Source of the DNA: an uncultured Gemmatimonadales bacterium
Lineage (GTDB): Bacteria; Gemmatimonadota; Gemmatimonadetes; Gemmatimonadales; GWC2-71-9
NCBI GenBank assembly: GCA_963795085.1
Contig: CAWCFX010000004.1
Coordinates: forward strand, 672,001 to 736,000
DNA: 64,000 bases
Reading direction: 5' to 3'
In this document: positions 10,061-19,000 of the stretch, in pieces
Layout of the letters: each line of letters begins with the position of its first letter
Position numbering within the stretch: the stretch's first letter is position 1
Notes under the pieces: model-generated
Told to the model about the DNA's origin: nothing
Database searches by the model: none
What the model saw: only the letters and a program-made list of their open reading frames with translations
Made by a program: the position numbers and the translations under genes

Positions 10061-10177
10061 CGTCCCCTGAGGGCCGGTAACGGGCGGCCACCAAATGAGT
10101 TGGTCGTCCCGGTCCGGGGGTGGGGATGGGCGATCGATAGACGGAAGCCAAGGCCCCGGCTGCAGTTAACCAACCCG

Positions 10178-10207
10178 TTGACTGACAGGTGGTTAACCTT
10201 GTACCTT
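10178..10207 (+). promoter_or_regulatory. Candidate sigma70 promoter of the tRNA pair
   Basis: TTGACT-N18-TACCTT ending 12 nt upstream of tRNA-Ala. Confidence 0.45.
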
Positions 10208-10219
10208 TGCGCTCCGTCG

Positions 10220-10292
10220 GGGGCTGTAGCTCAGCTGGGAGAGCGCTGCTTTCGCATAGCAGAGGTCAGGGGTTCGATCCCCCTCAGCTCCA
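10220..10292 (+). tRNA. tRNA-Ala (CGC), CCA not encoded
   Basis: Acceptor GGGGCTG/CAGCTCC with G3:U70; anticodon arm CTGCT-TTCGCAT-AGCAG; GGTTCGATCC T-arm. Confidence 0.97.
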
Positions 10293-10323
10293 TGTACGGG
10301 CGGCACCCGATGCTCCCGTCCGA

Positions 10324-10396
10324 TGCCCCTTGGTGTAACTGGCAACACGTCTGACTCTGGATCAGAAGAGTCCTGGTTCGAGCCCAGGAGGGGCAA
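10324..10396 (+). tRNA. tRNA-Gln (CTG), CCA not encoded
   Basis: Acceptor TGCCCCT/AGGGGCA; anticodon arm TCTGA-CTCTGGA-TCAGA; GGTTCGAGCC T-arm. Confidence 0.97.
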
Positions 10397-10397
10397 T

Positions 10398-10429
10398 GCC
10401 CGGTGCGAAAGTGCCGGGCTTTTGTTTTT
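10398..10429 (+). terminator. Rho-independent terminator after the tRNA pair
   Basis: GCCCGGTGC-GAAA-GTGCCGGGC hairpin followed by TTTTGTTTTT. Confidence 0.85.
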
Positions 10430-10456
10430 CAGGGCGTGAGCCTTGGCGTCGAGTCC

Positions 10457-10501
10457 AGAAGAGAAAACGCGGCCCGGGATCCCCGGGCCGCGCTCTCTTC
10501 T
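10457..10501 (-). terminator. Rho-independent terminator for the minus-strand lipoprotein gene
   Basis: CGCGGCCCGGG-ATC-CCCGGGCCGCG stem with TTTTCTCTTCT tail on the minus strand; another hairpin at 10512-10541. Confidence 0.7.
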
Positions 10502-10555
10502 AGTCTTGAGTCCCCGCGGCTCCCTTGCAGGGGCCGCGGGGCGGAATTTCGCTCC

Positions 10556-10999
10556 TCAGGAGCTCGCCCGCGCGATGATATCATCCATCAGTCCGGTCAT
10601 GAAGGGCCCGCGAAGCACGCAGCTTTCGCCGCCATCGCGCTTGGCATCCAGCGCGAGCACGCTGCGCTCATTATCTCTCTTGACCCGAACGGTCAGGACC
10701 AGCCGCGAATCCGCATCCGGCAGGGCTACCGCACGGCAGTCCACCCGCTGGTCGGTGGGAACGTCCCCCCATTCCGCCCTGGGGTCGAGCGGGACGCTGA
10801 CGACCGTTCCGTTGGTCTGGTCGGTCTTGGCCACCGGGATCCTCCGATCGGCAAAGACCGAGGTGGCCGCTTCAACGACCCTGGAAGGAGTGGCGTCCAC
10901 GTTCCGTGTGAACGTCTGGGTATCGGGCGTCGTCGAGGGACCTTTGGTGCCACACGCTGCCACGAGCAGGACTGCCATTCCAATACCAATTGACCGCAT
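10556..10999 (-). CDS. Hypothetical lipoprotein
   Basis: MRSIGIGMAVLLVAAC lipobox, GGAGG RBS upstream, one Cys pair. Confidence 0.75.
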   Translation of the reverse strand: MRSIGIGMAVLLVAACGTKGPSTTPDTQTFTRNVDATPSRVVEAATSVFADRRIPVAKTDQTNGTVVSVPLDPRAEWGDVPTDQRVDCRAVALPDADSRLVLTVRVKRDNERSVLALDAKRDGGESCVLRGPFMTGLMDDIIARASS

Positions 11000-11313
11000 A
11001 ACCATACATCCTCCACTGGGACAGCCCGGACGTGGGCAGGCGTTTGGACCGTTTCTCCGCGCGCAGAATGTGGGGGAGATGGTTCCAAACGAACCTAGCC
11101 AGTAGGTAGGCTCGGTGCGGTGACGGTTGGCCCCCGGGTCGCGGTGGGCAAAGGCCTCAGACCTCGGCAAAAGGCCTAAAGCCGGTGCTGCCATGGGATT
11201 CCGTTCCCTCGGTCAAGTGGCCGGCCGATCGGTTTCCTGGGTATAGCGTCCCTTTCCTGGGCGCCAAGGCCGGATATGGACACTCCGCGGGAACCCGAAG
11301 ATGACTCCGGGCC

Positions 11314-12375
11314 TTAGTGCATGCAGGCGAGCATCCCGTCTGTCATCCTTTGCGCCCAGCTTACCCCGTCCACCTCCCCGCTGGAGGAGAGGACGACGAT
11401 CACCTGGTCCCCGGATATCCTCAGCTGCCCGTTGTGACCCAGCGGGTTCTCGTTTCCTCCATGCCAGTAGTAGTCGAGTTGGCCGTCGCGAAACTTGAGG
11501 GCCCATCCATAACCGTAGGATTGGCTGTTGGGGCCGAGTGCCGGATTCTTGGATGCCAGCATCAGGGCGACCGTGGCGGGCGAGACCAGACGGCCCGATG
11601 TGAAGGCAGCAGCGAAGCGATACAGGTCCGCCGGGGTCGCGTAGATGCCGGTGGGTCCCCGATACCCATAGTTGCCGATGCTGTGGCCATCTTGCCAGAC
11701 CCGGGGTGAGCGGGGAGGCCTCAGGGGCAGGACGACCGGAGACGGCAGGGGCTCCTCGCCCCAGAACCCCGCGGTGCTCATCCCGGCCGGCGCGAAAACC
11801 TCCCGCCGCACGAAGTCCTCAAACCGGTCCCCCGTCACCCGCTCGATCAGCATCGCCAGCAGGCTGTAGCCATCATTGGAATAGAAGAATTCTCCCATCG
11901 GCTTGACCGGCGCCAGTCGAAAGATTGCCCGCGCGGCGGAATCCCGGTTGGAGACACCGTCCGCTGCGTACTCGCTGGGGAGTCCGGACCGGTGGCTCAG
12001 CAGGTGATGGACCGTGACGCGATCGTAGGAAAGACTGGCCGCGGGAAACCAGGTGGACAGCGGTGCTTCCAGCGAGACTTCTCCCTGCTCCACCAGGCGC
12101 ATCACGGCCACCGCGGTAATCGCCTTGGATATGGAGGCGATCCAGTACGCCGGTCGACTCCCGTCGGCCCGCTTCTCCCCAAAGTCCTCGTCCAGCAGGA
12201 CGCTGGCGCCCTCGACAATCAGGACCGATCCCAGAAAGCCGTTAGACTCCTCATGCCGCCCGTGCGCCACCAGGCGACTGCCCGGCGAGCCGCCCGACGG
12301 CGCCAGGCAGCCATCACTGACATTCGATCCACAGCCTGTCAGAACAAGGCATGCCGCGACCACGTGTTTCAGCAT
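11314..12375 (-). CDS. Serine hydrolase, beta-lactamase class C-like lipoprotein
   Basis: SxxK (ASISK), LLSHRSG, YSN, YGYGW, HGG; LTGC lipobox. Confidence 0.88.
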   Translation of the reverse strand: MLKHVVAACLVLTGCGSNVSDGCLAPSGGSPGSRLVAHGRHEESNGFLGSVLIVEGASVLLDEDFGEKRADGSRPAYWIASISKAITAVAVMRLVEQGEVSLEAPLSTWFPAASLSYDRVTVHHLLSHRSGLPSEYAADGVSNRDSAARAIFRLAPVKPMGEFFYSNDGYSLLAMLIERVTGDRFEDFVRREVFAPAGMSTAGFWGEEPLPSPVVLPLRPPRSPRVWQDGHSIGNYGYRGPTGIYATPADLYRFAAAFTSGRLVSPATVALMLASKNPALGPNSQSYGYGWALKFRDGQLDYYWHGGNENPLGHNGQLRISGDQVIVVLSSSGEVDGVSWAQRMTDGMLACMH

Positions 12376-12558
12376 GTTGCGTCTCTGGTGAAATGGCCGT
12401 AACTGGTGCGCCTCAATTGCGAACCCAGCCATGGGTATCGGTTCGCCCTGCTTGGACAATTGAGTAAGAGGGACGGAGCCGAGGGCATGGACCGTTCCGA
12501 CCCATGAAGGGCCGGGGCCTGGGCTTCTTCCGGACGGATTCCTGGGCCCGCTTCCCGC

Positions 12559-13368
12559 TTACCCCGACCGCTGGCTTCCCAGCCGTCCCTCGACCTCTCG
12601 CCGATAGCTCCGGCTCATCCGCAACTTGGTGCCGTCCCGGAGGAGGACGATGCCGTCGCCGGAGAACCAGGGCTGGATCTCCCGGATTCTTTCCAGGTTG
12701 ACGACGCTGGACCGGTGGATCCGCGCAAAGGTGGCAGGGTCGAGGTCCCGCGCGAGGCGGGACAGTGTCTGCCGGTACGGGAATGCCTGGGGGCCGACGT
12801 GAAGCTTCACATAGTTCGCCGCACTCTCGATCCAGTCGATCTCATGAATAGGAAGGACCACGGTCCGCCCCTCGGTCTTGACGAGCAGCCGTTCCAGCCG
12901 GGACGGTCGTGCGCGGGGCAGCATATCCCGAAGCGCCACCTGTTCGGACCGAAGCTCATCCATGACATGGAGAATCCGGTCCAGGCCCGCCTGCCGGGCG
13001 GCCAGCGCCACCTTGGCCCGGCGTAACGCGGCTGCCATCCGCTCCCTCGAAACCGGCTTCAACAGGTAATCCACCGCCTGGGCTTCGAACGCCCTCACGG
13101 CATGGTCCTCCAATGCGCTCACGATTACCACCGCCGGCGCCGGATCGGGCTGACCATCTCGAACCAGGTCCAGGGGATCGACCCCCGGAAACTGGATATC
13201 AAGGAAAAGGATATCCGGTCGTGCGCTCCGTACCAACGCCATGGCATCCGTACCATTGGTCCAGTGATCGACCACCTCGACCTCGGGATACTCCTTCAGC
13301 AGCGTGCGGATCCACAGGGCCGAGGCGGGTTCAGCGTCAATGATGGCCACGCGCCACGCAGGGATCAT
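12559..13368 (-). CDS. LytTR-family response regulator (orphan)
   Basis: REC domain (FLDI, AVDYLLKP) plus LytTR domain (IDWIES..NYV, FARIHRS..VNL, SRSY). Confidence 0.93.
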   Translation of the reverse strand: MIPAWRVAIIDAEPASALWIRTLLKEYPEVEVVDHWTNGTDAMALVRSARPDILFLDIQFPGVDPLDLVRDGQPDPAPAVVIVSALEDHAVRAFEAQAVDYLLKPVSRERMAAALRRAKVALAARQAGLDRILHVMDELRSEQVALRDMLPRARPSRLERLLVKTEGRTVVLPIHEIDWIESAANYVKLHVGPQAFPYRQTLSRLARDLDPATFARIHRSSVVNLERIREIQPWFSGDGIVLLRDGTKLRMSRSYRREVEGRLGSQRSG

Positions 13369-13495
13369 CGGAAACAGACCTATGGTATGAGACTCGACTG
13401 ATGTCCCCTAGGACGAGTGAGACGATGAATCATGGACGGGTCAGTCGTTTCAGCATACGACGGCTGAAAGTCCGCCTCACGGCTCCCTCCGCACA

Positions 13496-13525
13496 CCATT
13501 CGTCATCCGGCTGATGCCCTTCGTC
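13496..13525 (+). promoter_or_regulatory. Candidate LytTR binding site (9-bp direct repeats, 21-bp period)
   Basis: CCATTCGTC (13496-13504), 12-nt spacer, CCCTTCGTC (13517-13525). Confidence 0.55.
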
Positions 13526-13609
13526 CCCGCGCGGTGGTGCCGAGGCCTGCTGGTTCGTGTCCTAGCATTGCCGTCCTGCCGAATCACCGTCCGAACCACA
13601 GAGGATGCA

Positions 13610-16600
13610 ATGCACACACCGAATCGTTTGAAAGCCGTCGTCGTGATCCTGGTCGCGGCTCTCGCGACGCTGCCTGCTTCCGCCCACGCGGGCCCCGAAC
13701 CCGGCGCCCGGGGACGCGGCTTCCGGATATTCGCCCGGCCGCTGGGGGCCCTGACGATTAACCGGATCTACTGTGGGCTCGACTCGTCCGGCCAGGTCTG
13801 CGCCGACTCCCTGGGTTCGTCCACCATCGGTGGCGGGTACTGGCCCAAGGGCACCGCGAACCAATACGTGTTCAACTCGGGCCTTCAGCTCGCCGGCATC
13901 ATCGGTCCCGATGGGGGGCCCTGGGCCAGCGACACCACCGGCGCTTTCTTCTTCGACCCGAAGGGGACCACCCCTTCGAGTGAGCAGGTTCAGCCGATCT
14001 ACAATACCCAGAGCGCCAGCGACAATGCGTTCATTTGCGGGATCGGGAGCTTCGGGTGTAACAGCGGCACCACTGACCCGGTGGCGCTGGCGGCGCGGGT
14101 CCCGGCGGCGGACGCCAACGCCAATCTCTACAATCAACTCCTCCAGGGCCGGACCGCGGCGTCGCAGGGCGACGTCTGGTGGCTTTCCTGGGACGGCAAT
14201 CCCGGCCTGCTGGCCGGCCGGCCCCACCCGCTCGGCGTGGTCGTCGAGCAGCGCGGCCTGGGGTGGAACTTCCCCAGCGGCAACGAAGACATCATTTACT
14301 TCATCTACACGTTCTATAACGTCACCTCGATCAACCCGGCCGATTATGCCGCGGTGCGGCCCGGCATGCGGGAGATCCTGATCCAGCAGGCCAACACCTT
14401 TCAGCAGCGGAACGAAGCCACCTTCGGGATCTCGCTCCCGGACGGGGGATACACTATCACCAACATGTTCGCCAATTTCTCGGCTGACATGGACGTGGGT
14501 TCAGCGACCCAGAACTATGCCTCGGTGAACGTGCCGTTCGCGCTGGGCTATACCTACGAGAACACCTTCTCCCGGTTCGCGGGCTGGACCTTTGACCCGG
14601 CGATCTTCGGGGCCCCGTTCTTCGCGGGCACCGGTTTCGTGGGGGTGAAGTATCTCAAGAGCCCGGTAGTCAACGGCCAGGAAGTGGGCCTTTCGCTGTT
14701 CAGCAACACGACCAACGGCGGTGGTGACCTGAACGACCCGCGGGACGTCAAGCAGCTCTACCGCTACGTCTCCGGCACCCTGAGCCCGGCCTTCGGCGAC
14801 GGGGCCTGCAATTTCAATCCCCAGACAGACAAGATCTGCTTTATCCGCACCGCCTCGCCATTCGACATGCGGTTCTTTCAGTCCTCGGGCCCGCTGACGC
14901 TGGCGCCGGGCGAATTCGGCTCGGTGGTGGTGGCGTATCTCTTCGCTGCCCCGGTGGCCACCGGGGGGTCGGCGGCCTGCCCCACCTGCGACATCAAGCC
15001 AGGCAATGCGGCGATCACGGCAAATCTGGACGATCCCAATGTCGTGGCATCAGGCGTCAATCCCATTGATTCGATTACCGGGTTTCTCAGCGCCACTGAC
15101 GGGAATGGCGACGGGGTGCTGACGCAGGAGGAGTTCGTGGTGGTGCCGGGCTCGCTGCTGGGCAAGGCCAAGGTGGCGCAGGCGGTGTTCGACAACCAGT
15201 TCCTGCTGCCGTTCGCGCCCGATGCGCCCGAGTTCTTCCTGATCCCGGGCGACAACCAGGTCACCGTGATGTGGCGGCCCTCACCCTCGGAGCAGGGAGG
15301 CGATCCCTTCTATGCGATTGCCAGCCAGGCCACCGTACTGTGCGATCCGGATGATGTGATGAGCGGCCAGTGCCCCAACCCGCTCTATGACCCGAACTAC
15401 CGCGAGTTCGATGTGGAAGGCTACCGGGTGTACCGGGGCCGGGTGGACGCCCCCAATGCGCTGAGGCTCCTCGCCCAGTTTGACCAGATCGGCACCGTGA
15501 TCTCGGACTACGCCGGCCAGATCCAGCCCAGCGCGCTCTGCGCGCCCGAACTGGGAGTGACGACCAACTGTCCCATCGTCTATGATCCGATCGCGCCCGG
15601 TCTGCCCCGCTCGGCCCATGTGGACGTTCCGCTGGTGGGTGCCATCACCCAGGTGAAGCTGGGCGACCGGGCGCTGCTGGCCAACAATGAAGCCATTATC
15701 CTCTCCCAGGATATCACTCCCAACTCCATTGGGAGTGCGGGCAGCTGCGCGCCCTCCATCTGCCCGGCGCTGTCCGACACCGGGGTGCCGTTCGTGTACG
15801 TGGACAACACGGTGCGGAACAACTTCCGCTATTTCTATTCGGTGACGGCGTTTGACATCAACTCGTTCCAGTCCGGCCCCAGCAACCTGGAGTCGGCCCG
15901 GGTGACCAAGCCGGTGACCCCGGTGCGGCCAGCTGGAAATTACGCCAACGCGGGCACGCTGACCTCGGTGACCATCGAGGGCCGGGGGGTGACGCTGGAC
16001 CACAATGCGCCCCTGCCGACGATCGACGGAGCGACGGGCCAGTTCAGCGGGCCCTTCCCGGCCGCGTCGGACTGGACCATCGGGTTCGGGGATTTCGTAG
16101 CGGCCGTGCTGAGCCAGCCGGGCAGCTTCGCCGCGCACCTGGACAGCATCTCCCTGGGCAGCCCGTACGACGGCATTCCCCATCTCTACTGGTGGACGGC
16201 CACCTCGGGGAACAATTCGGCCTCCTTCTCCGTCGCAATCCTGCAGACCCAGGAAATCGGGGTGCGCAGCGGCGCAACATCGTTCTCGGCGGTCCCGGCG
16301 GATCCGGCGCTGGCCTCCCGGTATGGTGGTGGCGCCGGGTACACGATTCCCGGCCAGGTCGGGATGTCGCTCCCCGGTCCGGACTACATGACCATCTACG
16401 GCCGGGGCTGCGTCAACACCCGCCCGGGATTCGCGGCAGCCGGGGAATGCACCTATAACGGGTCGCGGTGGTTCGACGGCCCGTCGCCGGCCAACAACGA
16501 GACGGCGGTGGATCCGATCGCGGGGAACGGTCCCAATTTTACCGCGTTCGACATGTCAGGGAACTACAACAACGCCGGCGCGCTGACGGGGGTCACCACG

Positions 16601-17611
16601 ATCTTCCAGGCGCAGTCCTACCAGGCGGCCCAGAACACCTACCGCGGCACGGAAGGCGCGTACGCGGCGGCCAAGCGGGCGGCGGACTTCAACCTGTACT
16701 GGGGGGCGGGCGGGCTGATCGACTCGGTCATTGACGTCACGCACAACGTGCCGGTGCCGTTCCGCGACAGCGTGATCGGCGGATCGTGGGGCGTGCTCAA
16801 CCAGTCGGCGGCGCAGCCGTCGGGGCTCAACATCTCGTTCGACCGCCGGACCGAACTGACGGCGACCGACATGGGGTGCGTGGAGCCGTTGCGGAGCCTC
16901 GGCGCGGCGGCGCAATCGCCGATCGTCTGCGGTACGAGCGCGCTGGGCGACGGCCCGCAGTACATCCTCAGCAACACGGTCATCCCCGGGCCGATCGCGA
17001 TGTTCAGCCTCGGCTCGACGACGAACGCCCGGGTCTCCGCGGCGGCCGCCAACAACGGCTTTGTCCTCTACATCTCGGGGGATGTCTTCACCTTCGAGCT
17101 GACGGGCGGCGCGGTGCCGGCGTCGGGCACGGTGTGGTCACTGCGCCAGTACGTCGGCGCGATCTCGGGTGGTAACGGGGCAGCCGGCGACTTCGGTCCC
17201 TACGTGTACAGCAACCCCGAGGGGGTCATGCCGGTGACGGCGGTGGGCGTGGACCTGCGGGCGAGCTTCGATGTCGTCAACCAGGTGAATGCCCCGACGG
17301 AGGCGAATCTGGCCCAGGTACACACGGTGCCGGACCCGTACTACGTCACCAGCGAGTTCGAGCAGAGCACGGACACCAAGGTGATCAAGTTCGTGAACCT
17401 GCCGCAGGACGCCGTGGTCCGGATCTACTCGTCCAGCGGCGTGCTGGTGAACCTGCTGGAGCACCATTCGACCACCTTCGGGGGCGCGCTGGACTGGAAC
17501 GTGCGGAACCGGAACAACCAGGTGGTCGCCAGCGGGGTGTACTTCTATCACATTGAGTCGGGGAACGCGCGCCGGGTCGGGCGCTTCACCATCGTTAACT
17601 TCGCGCAGTAG
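13610..17611 (+). CDS. Large secreted protein with FN3-like region and T9SS type-A/FlgD-Ig-like C-terminal domain
   Basis: Sec signal (..LPASAHA); FN3-like VTVMW...EGYRVYR...YFYSVTAFD; C-terminus VPDPY...IKFVNLP....RIYS.SG.LV...WN.RN..NQ.VASGVYFYHIE. Confidence 0.85.
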   Translation: MHTPNRLKAVVVILVAALATLPASAHAGPEPGARGRGFRIFARPLGALTINRIYCGLDSSGQVCADSLGSSTIGGGYWPKGTANQYVFNSGLQLAGIIGPDGGPWASDTTGAFFFDPKGTTPSSEQVQPIYNTQSASDNAFICGIGSFGCNSGTTDPVALAARVPAADANANLYNQLLQGRTAASQGDVWWLSWDGNPGLLAGRPHPLGVVVEQRGLGWNFPSGNEDIIYFIYTFYNVTSINPADYAAVRPGMREILIQQANTFQQRNEATFGISLPDGGYTITNMFANFSADMDVGSATQNYASVNVPFALGYTYENTFSRFAGWTFDPAIFGAPFFAGTGFVGVKYLKSPVVNGQEVGLSLFSNTTNGGGDLNDPRDVKQLYRYVSGTLSPAFGDGACNFNPQTDKICFIRTASPFDMRFFQSSGPLTLAPGEFGSVVVAYLFAAPVATGGSAACPTCDIKPGNAAITANLDDPNVVASGVNPIDSITGFLSATDGNGDGVLTQEEFVVVPGSLLGKAKVAQAVFDNQFLLPFAPDAPEFFLIPGDNQVTVMWRPSPSEQGGDPFYAIASQATVLCDPDDVMSGQCPNPLYDPNYREFDVEGYRVYRGRVDAPNALRLLAQFDQIGTVISDYAGQIQPSALCAPELGVTTNCPIVYDPIAPGLPRSAHVDVPLVGAITQVKLGDRALLANNEAIILSQDITPNSIGSAGSCAPSICPALSDTGVPFVYVDNTVRNNFRYFYSVTAFDINSFQSGPSNLESARVTKPVTPVRPAGNYANAGTLTSVTIEGRGVTLDHNAPLPTIDGATGQFSGPFPAASDWTIGFGDFVAAVLSQPGSFAAHLDSISLGSPYDGIPHLYWWTATSGNNSASFSVAILQTQEIGVRSGATSFSAVPADPALASRYGGGAGYTIPGQVGMSLPGPDYMTIYGRGCVNTRPGFAAAGECTYNGSRWFDGPSPANNETAVDPIAGNGPNFTAFDMSGNYNNAGALTGVTTIFQAQSYQAAQNTYRGTEGAYAAAKRAADFNLYWGAGGLIDSVIDVTHNVPVPFRDSVIGGSWGVLNQSAAQPSGLNISFDRRTELTATDMGCVEPLRSLGAAAQSPIVCGTSALGDGPQYILSNTVIPGPIAMFSLGSTTNARVSAAAANNGFVLYISGDVFTFELTGGAVPASGTVWSLRQYVGAISGGNGAAGDFGPYVYSNPEGVMPVTAVGVDLRASFDVVNQVNAPTEANLAQVHTVPDPYYVTSEFEQSTDTKVIKFVNLPQDAVVRIYSSSGVLVNLLEHHSTTFGGALDWNVRNRNNQVVASGVYFYHIESGNARRVGRFTIVNFAQ

Positions 17612-17671
17612 CCCAGGTCAGGCGGGTGGGGCCATCCGGCTCCATCCGCCGCATCCAGGAGAGTGGACACC

Positions 17672-18793
17672 ATGCGTTCTACGTTTACTAAGCGGTTGAC
17701 CCTCGTGGTGACGCTGCTGGGCGGCCTGCCGGTCTACGGCGCAGCACAGAGCGTCAACCAGGACAACACTCCCTACGGCACCACGGCGGCGGAATTCCTG
17801 CTGCTGGGCGCCGGCGCGCGCGGCACCGCCCTGGGCGGGGCCTTCGCGTCCATCGTGTCGGACGTGAGCGCGCTCTACTACAACCCGGCCGGCGCGGCTT
17901 TGATGAGCCGGCCCGGCGCGATGGTCGGCACCTACGACTATATCGCCGAAACCCGCTATACCTGGGCCGGCGTGGCCTTCCCCTTCGGGGGCGGGGCCCG
18001 CACCTTCGGCCTCCAGCTGGGCACCTTCGGGTTCAGCGACCAGCCGGTGTACACCGCCGAGGAGCCGGATGGGACGGGCTCGGTCTACTCGGTGAGCGAG
18101 ACGTTTGCCGGGCTGACCTATGCCGAGAACTTCTCGGACCGGTTCAGCGCGGGGCTCACGGCCAAGTTCATCTTCGACAAGCTGGGCGATGCCAGCGGCA
18201 GCGCCCTGGCCGTGGACTTCGGGACCAACTTCCATGCGATGCTGTCGGGCCACCCGGTGAAGTTCAGCTTCGTGCTGGCCAACCTGGGCACCGATCTCTC
18301 GTATGGCGGCGACGCGCTGAACGCGGAAGACCCGCGGGAGCCGCTGCCGGGCGAGGACCCGGTGTCGACCCTGCCGCAGCCGGCCCGGCTGCGGACCAAG
18401 GGGTTCCCGCTGCCGACGACGTTCCGGGTGGGGCTGGCGTATGACATCCTGACCGGGGCCAACAACCGGCTGACCTTCCTCTCCGACTTCAACCAGCCGA
18501 ACAACAACTCGGCGGGCTTCGTGGTGGGCACGGAGTGGGCGCTGAACCGGCTGGGCGGGAGCGGCTTCGGGGTGGCGCTGCGGGGCAGCTACAGCTACAC
18601 CGGGGCGAACAACCTGGAGACGGCGGATCCCTCGAGCACGGCGCTGACGGACGAAGAGAACTACCACGGCGCGGCGTTCGGCGGGGGCCTGAACTACGGC
18701 ACCGGCACCTTCAGCCTGGGCGTCGACTATGCCTACAAGTACATGGGCATCCTCGGCGGCACCAACTTCTTCAGCTTCAATATCGGCTGGTAG
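17672..18793 (+). CDS. PorV/PorQ (UPF0164, FadL-like) outer-membrane beta-barrel
   Basis: FLLLGAGARGTALGGA......D.SALYYNPAG N-terminal motif, alternating beta-strands, terminal aromatic (FNIGW); start 17663 or 17672. Confidence 0.88.
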   Translation: MRSTFTKRLTLVVTLLGGLPVYGAAQSVNQDNTPYGTTAAEFLLLGAGARGTALGGAFASIVSDVSALYYNPAGAALMSRPGAMVGTYDYIAETRYTWAGVAFPFGGGARTFGLQLGTFGFSDQPVYTAEEPDGTGSVYSVSETFAGLTYAENFSDRFSAGLTAKFIFDKLGDASGSALAVDFGTNFHAMLSGHPVKFSFVLANLGTDLSYGGDALNAEDPREPLPGEDPVSTLPQPARLRTKGFPLPTTFRVGLAYDILTGANNRLTFLSDFNQPNNNSAGFVVGTEWALNRLGGSGFGVALRGSYSYTGANNLETADPSSTALTDEENYHGAAFGGGLNYGTGTFSLGVDYAYKYMGILGGTNFFSFNIGW

Positions 18794-18795
18794 GA

Positions 18796-18865
18796 GAACT
18801 GAGGGAATTGAGGGAGTTGAGGGAATTTCGGTAGTTCCAGAATTCCCTCTTTTCCCATTCCCATC
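18796..18865 (+). repeat. GAATTGAGG 9-mer repeat family, copy 1 (with inverted unit)
   Basis: gaactgagg gaattgagg gagttgagg gaatttcgg then gaattccctc, directly after stop 18793. Confidence 0.8.
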
Positions 18866-19000
18866 TGACAATCCCGCGGTGCCGACAACCGGGCCGGTTG
18901 GCGCCGGACGGACGATCGCCCGCCTCGACGTCCGGATTGGACACCGCCGCCACGCCATTCAACCTTCTGGAAAGTAGTCACGTCTAATGGTTTCAGCCTC

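Noticed and set aside
11140..11200. c-di-GMP-I riboswitch-like words (GGCAAA...GCCTAAA)
   Set aside because: The P1/P2 stems and GNRA/receptor could not be built, and the orientation is opposite to the adjacent gene; an Infernal/Rfam scan would settle it.
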